Positions 28,866-38,068 of a stretch of 64,000 nucleotides of DNA are shown in pieces. The notes beneath the pieces are model-generated. The model saw only the letters and a list, made by a program, of their open reading frames with translations, was not told the origin of the DNA and made no database searches. The translations under genes were made by a program, and so were the position numbers. Origin of the DNA: Cyanobacteria bacterium P01_A01_bin.123. Lineage in GTDB: Bacteria; Cyanobacteriota; Cyanobacteriia; Phormidesmidales; Phormidesmidaceae. Numbering within the stretch: the stretch's first letter is position 1; each line of letters starts with the position of its first letter. The DNA lies in contig JBCBZT010000027.1 in the NCBI GenBank assembly GCA_039815185.1, positions 32,001 through 96,000 of the forward strand, given 5' to 3'.

Positions 28866-29465
28866 ATGATTTCCATTCAACAGAAACCATCCCCTCTGCA
28901 TCTAGCAAAGGTTGAGGTAGCTCAGTTACGGAGAGAGTTACAGCTAGTTAGGCTGAGAAACAAGGAATTAGAGGAACAAGCAGGGTTAGACCCCCTCACC
29001 CAAATTGCTAACCGGGGCACCTTCGATCGGTTTTTAAGTCGGGAATGGTCACGGGCAATGCGAGATGGTCACCCCATCTCGATATTGATGATCGACATTG
29101 ACCATTTCAAACGGTTTAACGACACCCACGGTCATATCGAAGGCGATCGTTTGCTCAAGAGACTAGCTAAGGCGTGGTCGTCGGTACCAGAGCGGGCGTG
29201 TGACTTGGTAGCTCGGTATGGCGTTGAAGAGTTCGCAGTCATCCTCCCTGGGACAACTAGCCGGGGTGGCCGCAAAGTTGCCAGGGACATCCTGGCGGTT
29301 ACAAGGCGCATCATTGACCCCATGGGCCAATCCCTCACCTGTTCGATTGGCGTGGCTGCGTGCGTACCCATTAAAGAGATTCAGCCAAAATCCCTCGTTA
29401 GCCTTGCAGACCAACGCTTGCACCGGGCAAAGGCAAAAGGGCGCGATCGCGTGTGGGCCAACTAA
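28866..29465 (+). CDS. GGDEF-domain protein with degenerate active site (GVEEF)
   Basis: DPLTQIANR, DIDHFKRFNDTHGH, RACD I-site, RYGVEEF, AKAKGRDR. Confidence 0.88.
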   Translation: MISIQQKPSPLHLAKVEVAQLRRELQLVRLRNKELEEQAGLDPLTQIANRGTFDRFLSREWSRAMRDGHPISILMIDIDHFKRFNDTHGHIEGDRLLKRLAKAWSSVPERACDLVARYGVEEFAVILPGTTSRGGRKVARDILAVTRRIIDPMGQSLTCSIGVAACVPIKEIQPKSLVSLADQRLHRAKAKGRDRVWAN

Positions 29466-29487
29466 ACAATTCCCTGGGTGCCTCTAT
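29441..29487 (+). repeat. 47-bp direct repeat, copy 1
   Basis: gcgcgatcgcgtgtgggccaactaaacaattccctgggtgcctctat, identical to 30277-30323. Confidence 0.95.
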
Positions 29488-29640
29488 TTAATAGTTATTA
29501 ATAGTTAGCCCTCCAATTCTCGGTTAGGGCAGTGCATCAAGTTTTCCTTTTCGATTTTGAACTCATTGGGTCGCAAAGTTATCTCTAGCACGCAGTTTGC
29601 CTCAAGTCGAAAGTAGTCAGAATTCATATTTGTTCCTGAT

Positions 29641-29667
29641 AGTATGTACAGGCGTGCATACTATAAT
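29641..29667 (+). promoter_or_regulatory. TA operator palindrome plus -10 box (likely leaderless promoter)
   Basis: AGTATGTAC-aggc-GTGCATACT inverted repeat abutting TATAAT at 29662-29667, 4 nt before the brnT ATG. Confidence 0.55.
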
Positions 29668-29671
29668 TGAG

Positions 29672-29938
29672 ATGGTCTACCAATGGAATAGTGATAAGGC
29701 AGTCGCTAACCTGCGTAAACATGGTGTTGACTTCGCTGATGCGGTGTCAGTTTTCTCAGATGACCTGGCAATTACCATTCCAGATGAGCGATTTGATGAA
29801 GAGCGGTTTGTCACTATCGGTCTTGATGTTTTTGGCAGGGCCTTGGTGGTTGTCTACACGCTACGTGGGGACGAAATTCGAGTCATCTCAGCTCGCAAAG
29901 CAACTCGACAAGAGCGCCGACAATACGAGGAGGGGTAG
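29672..29938 (+). CDS. brnT: BrnT family toxin
   Basis: YQWNSDKAVANLRKHGVDF...EERFVTIG...IRVISARKA. Confidence 0.92.
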   Translation: MVYQWNSDKAVANLRKHGVDFADAVSVFSDDLAITIPDERFDEERFVTIGLDVFGRALVVVYTLRGDEIRVISARKATRQERRQYEEG

Positions 29939-29940
29939 TT

Positions 29941-30198
29941 ATGGAAGCAGAATATGATTTCAGCCAAGGCAGGCGAGGAGCAATCGATTCAACGCCATCA
30001 GGTAAAACCCGCATCACTATTCGGCTAGATGATGAAGTTCTGGCGTGGTTTCGTGAGCAAGTTCATATTGCTGGCGGAGGAAACTACCAGACCTTGATCA
30101 ATGAAGCCCTGCGCCAGCATATTCAGGCAAGTCGTGAACCCCTTGAGGAAATCCTACGAAAAGTTGTTCGTGAAGAGCTTGAACGTATTGAAAGGTAA
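29941..30198 (+). CDS. brnA: BrnA family antitoxin
   Basis: EYDFSQG...KTRITIRLDDEVLAWF...GNYQTLINEAL; directly after brnT. Confidence 0.92.
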   Translation: MEAEYDFSQGRRGAIDSTPSGKTRITIRLDDEVLAWFREQVHIAGGGNYQTLINEALRQHIQASREPLEEILRKVVREELERIER

Positions 30199-30276
30199 GG
30201 CGTTTGCTAAGGGCTATGAAATGTCAAGCGTTTAGCGTGACGCGACAGCTAGATAGTCGAGTTGCCATCTTTGTGA

Positions 30277-30323
30277 GCGCGATCGCGTGTGGGCCAACTA
30301 AACAATTCCCTGGGTGCCTCTAT
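30277..30323 (+). repeat. 47-bp direct repeat, copy 2
   Basis: Identical to 29441-29487. Confidence 0.95.
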
Positions 30324-30539
30324 CGTTCCGAAAATCAATCACTAAGGTAAACGCTATGACGATTCTGAGTAGACGCGGCGACATGCACCTTAACCGCAAG
30401 ATGGGGAGAAATGTCTCAATTTCTAGAACTCCCATCTCATTGGGATGACGCTTGTTATGAAAAGACCACCAGCAAGGATGATAAACAAACCGTAAGCAAT
30501 TCCAGGCGTGCAACGGCGGGATGATTATACTGATCTCGT

Positions 30540-30682
30540 CTACCTAATCACCCATATAGGGGTATTAGGCTGACGTATTTCCACCTAAACGCCCAAATCA
30601 GGGAATTAGGCTGAAAAGTTTCTACCTAAACACCTATTTAAGGGAGTTATATGGGACAGTTCTATCTAATTAATAGTTAGGC
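30540..30682 (+). repeat. Three tandem ~41-bp imperfect hairpin units ending in GTTAGGC
   Basis: Units start at 30540, 30581 and 30622 (C[T/C]ACCTAA...GGG..TTA); GTTAGGC at 30676-30682. Confidence 0.7.
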
Positions 30683-30752
30683 GCACGCCCTGCGATACTT
30701 TTTGGCTGAGTTAGAATGCTGATAATTATCCGTTTTAGTCTGATAATTTCAA

Positions 30753-32048
30753 ATGTCTAGAGAAAACTCCAAAAATACAGAAAAGTCTGACTCTGAATGC
30801 AAACGTGAAATCTTTAATGAGCTTGATGCTACCATTGGTATTCAAAGTATCTGGGGAGTTTATGGATATACCTATGGTGGGAATGACATGGTCAGCAGTC
30901 ACTTTGAAGCATTAGGTATTTTTTTGAATAGGGTTCTAGATAGTGGGTTAGCGACTTCAAAGTTTCATCGTGAAGAAATAGATGTACATTCTATCCTTAA
31001 CACCGAGCAAGAGATTAGAAATATAATTCAAGCGAATAAGAAGGCAGATGAGCTATTTCTTGCTGCCCTGAGGCAGGAAATGTTATTTGTCGATCACATA
31101 TATGTGCCAGATATAGAATACTCGACTTTACTCAATGAAGGGATAGAAGAACTTTCTACCCTCCATGATGAGGGAATTATAAAATTAGCAACACTTGGGG
31201 ATGTCGATCAATCAGAATACTCTTTGCAGGATGATGGAATACTAAGAGTAACCAGCACTTTCTCTATGGACGGCCATGAATTATATGAGGCTGTCCAAAA
31301 AGCTGATGATGAGATGATGGATTATCAGTATTGCTTGATGATGCTCCTTTTAGGTCTGAGCGAAGAAAATATTAGAACAGAATATAGAAATGAAAGGAAA
31401 AAGGAAATATTCCGAAACATGAAATCCTGGGGTATTCCAAGAGCAACCAAAGAGTATCTCAATGCTGGCAGTCTTATGCATGATCTTCAAACAAGATTAT
31501 GGTGCCAACTAGCGTTTGATCGATATGGAGTAATGCCTATTCCGCTCGTCAATACATTTTCACAATATGACAAGCTCCCTAAAAAGATTAAAGGTAAACA
31601 GGTAGGATATCAAGATGTTGTTCACTTAGTCTTAAAACAGATTCCAATGCCTAGTCTTGAGATGCCTCTTGATGAGTTCATTGACTTTCGAAGATCTGCT
31701 GAGCATAGAAATAGTTTTTATTCCTTGAAAAGATGGATGCGAAAAATCGGGAAAAGTAACATTACTCTTATTGAGTTGGAAGAAGAGTTAGAATACCTAA
31801 TTTCAGAATATGAATCTTTTATGAGGCTTCAGAAACTAAAAATAGAAACTGGAGCTTTTCAGACGATCCTTACGACCGGAGGAGATATCGTTGAGAATAT
31901 AATTAAGCTCAACTTTAGTAAAGCAGCAAAAGGCGCCTTTGATCTGAAAAGAAGAAAAATTGCACTAATGGAAGTAGAAAAAGAAGCGCCGGGAAGAGAA
32001 GTTTCCTACATTGTTAATTCTCAGGAAAAGTTAATAGATGACTTGTGA
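30753..32048 (+). CDS. Hypothetical protein (AT-rich, cassette-borne)
   Basis: 431-aa ORF followed by an attC-like site; no family confidently recognised. Confidence 0.75.
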   Translation: MSRENSKNTEKSDSECKREIFNELDATIGIQSIWGVYGYTYGGNDMVSSHFEALGIFLNRVLDSGLATSKFHREEIDVHSILNTEQEIRNIIQANKKADELFLAALRQEMLFVDHIYVPDIEYSTLLNEGIEELSTLHDEGIIKLATLGDVDQSEYSLQDDGILRVTSTFSMDGHELYEAVQKADDEMMDYQYCLMMLLLGLSEENIRTEYRNERKKEIFRNMKSWGIPRATKEYLNAGSLMHDLQTRLWCQLAFDRYGVMPIPLVNTFSQYDKLPKKIKGKQVGYQDVVHLVLKQIPMPSLEMPLDEFIDFRRSAEHRNSFYSLKRWMRKIGKSNITLIELEEELEYLISEYESFMRLQKLKIETGAFQTILTTGGDIVENIIKLNFSKAAKGAFDLKRRKIALMEVEKEAPGREVSYIVNSQEKLIDDL

Positions 32049-32129
32049 AAATGAATGAGTGAAACCTTTTGGAAATGCGATTATGCTGATCTTTTAGGTG
32101 TGAATTTTTGAGGTTTAGCTTGGTAGCGT

Positions 32130-32214
32130 GCCTAACATAACGCAGGAGCAGACGGAATTTATGATCTAGACATTGATGCAAAAATATCGACCGCCGCTCA
32201 GCTCTACGTTAGGC
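32130..32214 (+). other. attC-like integron recombination site
   Basis: GCCTAAC (32130) ... GTTAGGC (32208); inner boxes GCAGGAGC / GCTCAGC at 5-nt spacing. Confidence 0.7.
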
Positions 32215-32249
32215 TGCTTGCTACCTAGGACTTTAACTCTTTAGCTACT

Positions 32250-32909
32250 ATGATTACCTCTCCTAGCATTTTCATAAGTTATGCAAAAGAAGATGCAATT
32301 GTGGCTAGACGGTTGGCTAATACTCTAAGCACTAAAAATGTGAAATTGTGGATTGATACGGATAGCCTTCTTCCAGGAGAAGAGTGGGACAGAGAAATTC
32401 GAAAAGCAATACGTAGTAGTGATTTTTTTATTGCACTCCTTTCTAAAAAATCCGTTAATAAGAAAGGCTATGTACAAAAAGAAATTCGAGAGGCAATTGA
32501 AGTGCGCAACGAACTACCTGAAGGGAAACGTTTTATCCTCCCTGCACGTGTTGATGATTGCCAAACTCCCTTTGAAATCCTCAAAAAATTGCATTGGGTA
32601 GATTTATTTCCTGAATGGGATGTGGGGGTAAATAAACTACTTTTAGCCATTGGTGTGCAGCAGAGTATTAACGACACAGTAACTAGTAATGCTGCAAAAT
32701 GTGAGAAGCAGAAGCGGCCAAAGCTAAAAGTTAATCTTTCTAACGATTCAGTTGATTTGCTTAAGAAACTTCATGATGAATCTGGGATTTCACAAGCAGA
32801 AGCTGTCAGGAGATCGCTTGCATTGCTAGAATTTTCATCCTCGAAATCAACATCAGACTTGGAGATAGTGGATGATGATGGGGAAATATCCCGAATTATT
32901 TTTATTTAA
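32250..32909 (+). CDS. TIR domain protein with C-terminal ribbon-helix-helix
   Basis: IFISYAKED, LWIDTDSLLPGEEW, YVQKEIREA; C-terminus LKVNLSNDSVDLLKKL...SQAEAVRRSL. Confidence 0.85.
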   Translation: MITSPSIFISYAKEDAIVARRLANTLSTKNVKLWIDTDSLLPGEEWDREIRKAIRSSDFFIALLSKKSVNKKGYVQKEIREAIEVRNELPEGKRFILPARVDDCQTPFEILKKLHWVDLFPEWDVGVNKLLLAIGVQQSINDTVTSNAAKCEKQKRPKLKVNLSNDSVDLLKKLHDESGISQAEAVRRSLALLEFSSSKSTSDLEIVDDDGEISRIIFI

Positions 32910-33123
32910 TTATTTAGCTATATCTTTATATATGCAAGGAGTATTATACATTAGCTAAACCTCGATTCCAAATGCAAATAATTTGCATGTAACGCCAAAG
33001 TTTGAGTAGTACATTTTTATTTCGGTTTTTTCTTGCTTCATTTCTAACTTATATTGCAAGGGATGTTCAGTTCACACATTATCTATTTTAATTTTAGATG
33101 ACCTTTCGCGCTCTTGAGCAAAT

Positions 33124-33870
33124 ATGCCAGAAGTTTTTATCAGCTATGCTAGCGAGGATAGATCAAAGTGTGAGCAGCTCTATCGTGATCTGAGAGCTGA
33201 AGGATACGACGTATGGCTCGATTCCCAAGACCTTGTGGCTGGCTCAAATTGGTCAATTGAGATAAGAAAAGCCATTCGAGGAGCTCAATACTTTATTATT
33301 GTGCTCTCCTCAAATAGTGTTTCGAAGCGAGGGTATGTTCAAAAGGAAATAAGAGAAGCCTTAGATGTCTTAGACGAGTTTCCTGAATCCGAAACTTTTA
33401 TTGTTCCTATTAGACTGGAGCCATGTAATGAAGGATTTGAGCGCCTTAAAACAATTCAGCGAGTTGATATGTTCCCAAACTGGGATGATGGAGTGGCTCG
33501 TATAATCCGAGCATTGAAGAGAAGAAATCTCAACCCTGGTGAGCTAGTCAATCTTGTACAAAATACTAATCCAACTGCGAGGTTAAGGGGAGATACAATT
33601 CGCCTTCCACATAGAGAGACAAATCCAGTAGCTTTCGTAGCATTCAGTCGAGATTTTATTTGCGAGATGGCCAGAAAGCTTATAGAAAAAGATATAAATG
33701 GATTCTTTGAGATTATTAAAAACGAATATGGGACACTGGTTCCTGCAGGTACTCTTGTTGAGGTTATTGAATGGCAAGACTATAAGAATTTCAAGATTGT
33801 GAGAATAAAATGCCTTGAAGGTGAACTCATTGATAAAATTCTCTGGACAGTTTCATTGTGTATCCCGTAA
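33124..33870 (+). CDS. TIR domain protein with unknown C-terminal domain
   Basis: VFISYASED, VWLDSQDLVAGSNW, YVQKEIREA, IVPIRLEPC. Confidence 0.87.
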   Translation: MPEVFISYASEDRSKCEQLYRDLRAEGYDVWLDSQDLVAGSNWSIEIRKAIRGAQYFIIVLSSNSVSKRGYVQKEIREALDVLDEFPESETFIVPIRLEPCNEGFERLKTIQRVDMFPNWDDGVARIIRALKRRNLNPGELVNLVQNTNPTARLRGDTIRLPHRETNPVAFVAFSRDFICEMARKLIEKDINGFFEIIKNEYGTLVPAGTLVEVIEWQDYKNFKIVRIKCLEGELIDKILWTVSLCIP

Positions 33871-33987
33871 TATAATCGATCATCGCTGTAGTGCAGTCAC
33901 TTATCGTCGTAGGCTAGGTTGACTTAAGGGAGTACTTTGCATTTTCAAATAATCAGGATTGTAATCATTGTGGTCGTGTTGAGCTAA

Positions 33988-34072
33988 GCCTAACTATCCG
34001 GTTGCACCCAACTGTAGTAAGAGCATCAGATAGCTTGAGAAATTCTGCAGCGGGTGAACCAAATCGTTAGAC
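33988..34072 (+). other. attC integron recombination site
   Basis: GCCTAAC-N5-GGTTGCAC ... GTGAACC-N5-GTTAGAC; L boxes pair perfectly with one extrahelical G. Confidence 0.8.
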
Positions 34073-34136
34073 CTCATGGATTAAGGCTTTAGCTATAAAT
34101 ACTGCTGCGGTTAGACACTCTGCTGTAGAGTCTGAG

Positions 34137-35123
34137 GTGTGGGTTATTTATGAATCGTTGATGGCTTCTCTGCAAATCTTCCTCGATGATCTCTACGACC
34201 GCTATCGCGACCTCGATGAGGGCCATGTTGCCAGCTACATCCCAGAATTAGCTAAAGCTGACCCCAACTGGTTTGGCATCAGCATTATTACCACCGATGG
34301 CGAAGTCTTTGAAGTCGGGGATGTAGCGCAAAATTTCACCATCCAATCGATTTCTAAAGTCTTTGCCTATGGCTTAGCCCTTGAAGACCATGGTCAAGAT
34401 GAACTGTTTGAGAAAGTCGGCGTAGAACCCACGGGCGACCCCTTTAACTCCCTCATTCGCCTGGACGAAGACTCTAAGCGGCCCTACAACCCGATGATCA
34501 ATGCCGGGGCGATCGCGACCAGCAGCCTAATCAACGGTACCGATCCCACCGACAAACTCAACCGCCTACTGGCCATGTTTGAACGTTACCTGGGCCATGA
34601 GGTTTTCATCGACATGTCTACATTTATGTCTGAATACTCTACGGGGCATCGCAATCGGGCCATGGCTCACTTGATGCTCAACTTCGGCATGATCGATCAA
34701 AATATCGACGCTGCCCTCACCCTCTATTTTCAGCAGTGTGCCGCCATGGTGACCTGTCACGATTTGGCGGTGATGGCCGCTACCCTGGCCAATCAAGGCA
34801 AGCAGCCTATCACGCACAAACAGGCTGTGAATCCTGACTATGTGCGCGATATTCTCAGCATCATGTACACCTGCGGCATGTATAACCGAGCGGGAGAGTG
34901 GGCTTACCGCGTCGGCATCCCCGCCAAAAGCGGCGTCTCCGGCGGCATCATCGCCGTTGTTCCCGGTAAAGCCGGGATCGCCACCTTCTCTCCCCCGATT
35001 GACGCCAACGGCAACAGCGTCAGGGGCCTCAAAGTGTTTGAAGAACTCTCCCGCAAATACGGCCTCCACCTATTCGATCTCTCCATGGGCCGCTGCGTCT
35101 TCACCGAAGCCCTCAAATCATAG
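34137..35123 (+). CDS. glsA: Glutaminase A
   Basis: [41 protein letters not shown]; start may be ATG 34161. Confidence 0.95.
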   Translation: MWVIYESLMASLQIFLDDLYDRYRDLDEGHVASYIPELAKADPNWFGISIITTDGEVFEVGDVAQNFTIQSISKVFAYGLALEDHGQDELFEKVGVEPTGDPFNSLIRLDEDSKRPYNPMINAGAIATSSLINGTDPTDKLNRLLAMFERYLGHEVFIDMSTFMSEYSTGHRNRAMAHLMLNFGMIDQNIDAALTLYFQQCAAMVTCHDLAVMAATLANQGKQPITHKQAVNPDYVRDILSIMYTCGMYNRAGEWAYRVGIPAKSGVSGGIIAVVPGKAGIATFSPPIDANGNSVRGLKVFEELSRKYGLHLFDLSMGRCVFTEALKS

Positions 35124-35153
35124 GTGATTCCTAAAGCCTGAGTCCCCTCCTGA

Positions 35154-35310
35154 ATTTTAGATTTTGGATTTTAGATTTTGGGTTGTCAAAGATCCGCGCC
35201 TACCTCCCCATCTCCCCATCTCCCTACCTCCCCATCTGTATCACACGCTAATACCCATCCTCCCCAACCTGATTACAATCAAACCCATTCCCCAATCCAA
35301 AATCCAAAAT
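35154..35310. repeat. Short tandem repeats (ATTTT[A/G]G x4; CCCCATCT-type; inverted CCAAAAT copies)
   Basis: Read directly from the sequence; typical cyanobacterial STRR-like intergenic repeats. Confidence 0.7.
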
Positions 35311-36574
35311 GGTCTCCCAGCTCACTAGCCCTGCCGGAACACCTGCTTTATCTAGCTGGCGCATCAATCGCGATCGCCTCTTGAGTTGCCTCGATCAGCT
35401 CGCTCAAATCGGTGCCATTGACGGCGGCGGTGTTTGTCGACTCGCCCTGAGTGACGAAGACAAAGCCGGACGTGACTGGGTCGTGAGCTGGATGAAAGAT
35501 CTGGGGCTAGCCATCACCATTGATCAACTGGGCAACGTTGTCGCTACCCGACCTGGCCTAGAAGATGGCCCCCCAGTCATGACGGGATCACATATCGATA
35601 CAGTGGCCACTGGGGGCCGCTATGACGGCAACCTAGGCGTACTAGCCGGGTTAGAGGTGATCGAAATCCTCAATGAGAACAACATCCAGACCCGCCATCC
35701 GGTAGCCGTAGCGTTTTTCACCAATGAAGAAGGGGCCAGGTTTCACCCGGATATGATGGGCAGTTGGGTGTTTCGTGGGGACTTTCCGGTGGAGGAGGCA
35801 CTAGCAACCGTTGGCATCGACGGCACCACCGTGGGCGAAAACCTAGAACGCATTGGCTATGCCGGAACCGTGCCCTGCGGCAGTCAGCCCGTCAAAGCGT
35901 TTGTCGAGTTGCACGTTGAACAAGGCCCTGTACTAGAGCTGGAAGGCATTCAAATTGGTGCGGTGACTGGAGTTCAAGGCATGTCTTGGAAGGAGTATAC
36001 CGTCAAAGGAGTATCGAACCATGCGGGGACTACGCCGATGCATTTGCGTAGAGATGCGGGGTACGGTTCTAGCGCGATCGCAGTGGCCGCCCGCAACTTA
36101 GCCCTAGAGATGGGTGGTAATCAGGTGGCCACCATCGGATCCATTCAGCTCAAACCCAGTCTAGTCAACGTGATTGCTAAGGAAGCGCGGCTTACGGTCG
36201 ATCTACGCAACACCGACGAAGCCCTATTACAGCAGGCTGAAGCGCAGATGAGTGCCAAAATCGACGCGATCGCAGCGGCGGAAAATCTTGAGATTAACAG
36301 TCGTTCCCTGGCCCGTTTTGAACCCGTTGAGTTTGACTCAAAGCTTGTGAATCAGGTGGCGCAAACGGCCCAGGAACTTGGATTGTCAGTCAAGCGGATG
36401 CCCAGCGGTGCAGGTCATGATGCCGGATTGATTGCTCCCATGGCGCCTACGGCAATGATTTTTGTCCCCAGCGTCAACGGCATTAGCCACAACGTCAAGG
36501 AATACACGGCCCCCGAAGATTTAGAAAATGGGGCAAATGTGCTGCTACAGGTGTTATTACAACTCGCAATGTAG
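35309..36574 (+). CDS. M20 Zn amidohydrolase (allantoate / N-carbamoyl-amino-acid hydrolase family)
   Basis: GSHIDTV, DGNLGV, NEEGARF, ELHVEQGP, HAGTTPM, SGAGHDA, GISH. Confidence 0.93.
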   Translation: MVSQLTSPAGTPALSSWRINRDRLLSCLDQLAQIGAIDGGGVCRLALSDEDKAGRDWVVSWMKDLGLAITIDQLGNVVATRPGLEDGPPVMTGSHIDTVATGGRYDGNLGVLAGLEVIEILNENNIQTRHPVAVAFFTNEEGARFHPDMMGSWVFRGDFPVEEALATVGIDGTTVGENLERIGYAGTVPCGSQPVKAFVELHVEQGPVLELEGIQIGAVTGVQGMSWKEYTVKGVSNHAGTTPMHLRRDAGYGSSAIAVAARNLALEMGGNQVATIGSIQLKPSLVNVIAKEARLTVDLRNTDEALLQQAEAQMSAKIDAIAAAENLEINSRSLARFEPVEFDSKLVNQVAQTAQELGLSVKRMPSGAGHDAGLIAPMAPTAMIFVPSVNGISHNVKEYTAPEDLENGANVLLQVLLQLAM

Positions 36575-36590
36575 CCACCATCCCTCATCC

Positions 36591-38063
36591 ATGACAGAGA
36601 TTCACTCCCCGCCCCAACTGCCCAAAGACTTTGCACCCGAAGATTTTTGGGCAATGCCACCCCTGCTGCCTGATGCAGAAGAGCGGCTGCATCACCTCGC
36701 CCAAGCTGTCTACGCTGACCTGGAAGTGTTGAGCTATCCCAGTCGAACTTGGGACTACAGTCGCAACCCTGACATCCTCGAAGTGGCGATTCTAGGGGCC
36801 GGACACGGCGGTAAGTCTGCGGCGTTTGGCCTCCGACGGCATGGGATTAGCAATGTTCGCATCTTTGACCGCCGCCCTGCGGGCAAAGAAGGCCCGTGGT
36901 ACACCTTTGCCCGCAACGCCACCCTGAGGACCCCAAAGGAAGTGACTGGCGGACTGGACTGGGAGATCGCCAATCTGAATTTTCGCCGCTGGTGTGCCGC
37001 TCGCCACGGGGATGACTATTGGCAACGCATTCACTACATTCCCCGATTGCTTTGGGCCACCTATTTGGACTGGTACGGTCAAGTGCTGGACTTACCGATC
37101 CAAAACGATACGGACATTCAAGACATTACTTGGAACACAGCGGAACGGTGTTTTGAGTTGCAGGCCTACTATCAGGGCAAGCCAGAACGCTACAAAACCC
37201 GCTTCATTATTTTTGCTACGGGGATGGAGTGTGCGGGCGGTAAAAACGTACCAGATATTGTGCGCGATCGCCTGCCTGCCCACTGCTACCATCACACGAT
37301 GGACGACCTCGATTTCCCCAGCTTTGCCGATCAGCGGGTGATGATCATTGGCGGTGGGGCGAGCGCTTTCGACAATGCCATTTTGCTGTTGAAGGCCGGG
37401 GCACAATCGGTGGACATTGCCATCCGCCGCCCCAAGCTGCCTAACCTCAACCGTATTCGCTGGAGTGAGTGGAACGGCTACCATCGCCACTTCATTGACC
37501 TGCCGGATGCCATGAAATGGACTTACAGCTTGGCAGAATTTCGCCTGGGGCAACTGCCGCCGCCCCACACCTATTACCAGGCTATCAGCCACCCCCGCTT
37601 AACCCTCTACACCAACGCACCCGTCAAACAGCTTGACTATAAACAGGGTGAAATTGTCGGGCTGTATGGCGATCGCACTCTCCACCACGACACCCTGATC
37701 TGCGGCACTGGCTTCATCACCAACCTCGATCACCAAAACGAACTGGGGACTCTAGCACCCCAGATTGCTCGCTGGCGCGATCGCTTTAACCCACTCCCTG
37801 GTGATGAACAGGCCGAAATGGCTAACTATCCCTACCTCAACACAACCCTGGGGTTTACCCCCAAGTCTCCCGACCATGGGTATCTGAGCCGCTGCTACTA
37901 CCTCTCGTCAGGGGCTGCCCTGCTCAGCGGCTTCCGCGCTAATCTCTCCGGCTTACAGTTTGCCCTACCCCGAATCGCCTATGACATTGGACGACAGCTC
38001 TTTATTGAGCACCAAGACGAGATTCGAGCCGCCTTTGACGCCTACGATGTCAAAGAGTATTGA
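36591..38063 (+). CDS. FAD-dependent monooxygenase, HpyO (urate hydroxylase)-like
   Basis: VAILGAGHGG, EGPWYTFARNATLRTPK, IGGGASAFDNA, ICGTGF; probable ATG 36591. Confidence 0.7.
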   Translation: MTEIHSPPQLPKDFAPEDFWAMPPLLPDAEERLHHLAQAVYADLEVLSYPSRTWDYSRNPDILEVAILGAGHGGKSAAFGLRRHGISNVRIFDRRPAGKEGPWYTFARNATLRTPKEVTGGLDWEIANLNFRRWCAARHGDDYWQRIHYIPRLLWATYLDWYGQVLDLPIQNDTDIQDITWNTAERCFELQAYYQGKPERYKTRFIIFATGMECAGGKNVPDIVRDRLPAHCYHHTMDDLDFPSFADQRVMIIGGGASAFDNAILLLKAGAQSVDIAIRRPKLPNLNRIRWSEWNGYHRHFIDLPDAMKWTYSLAEFRLGQLPPPHTYYQAISHPRLTLYTNAPVKQLDYKQGEIVGLYGDRTLHHDTLICGTGFITNLDHQNELGTLAPQIARWRDRFNPLPGDEQAEMANYPYLNTTLGFTPKSPDHGYLSRCYYLSSGAALLSGFRANLSGLQFALPRIAYDIGRQLFIEHQDEIRAAFDAYDVKEY

Positions 38064-38068
38064 ATGCT

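Noticed and set aside
30540..30682. Possible CRISPR array
   Set aside because: Units are adjacent and degenerate with no unique spacers, and no cas genes are seen.
32985..33100. attC between the two TIR genes
   Set aside because: An ATGTAAC word is present but no matching core or stem could be built.
35237..35258. NtcA site upstream of the amidohydrolase operon
   Set aside because: GTA and TAC are not separated by 8 nt.
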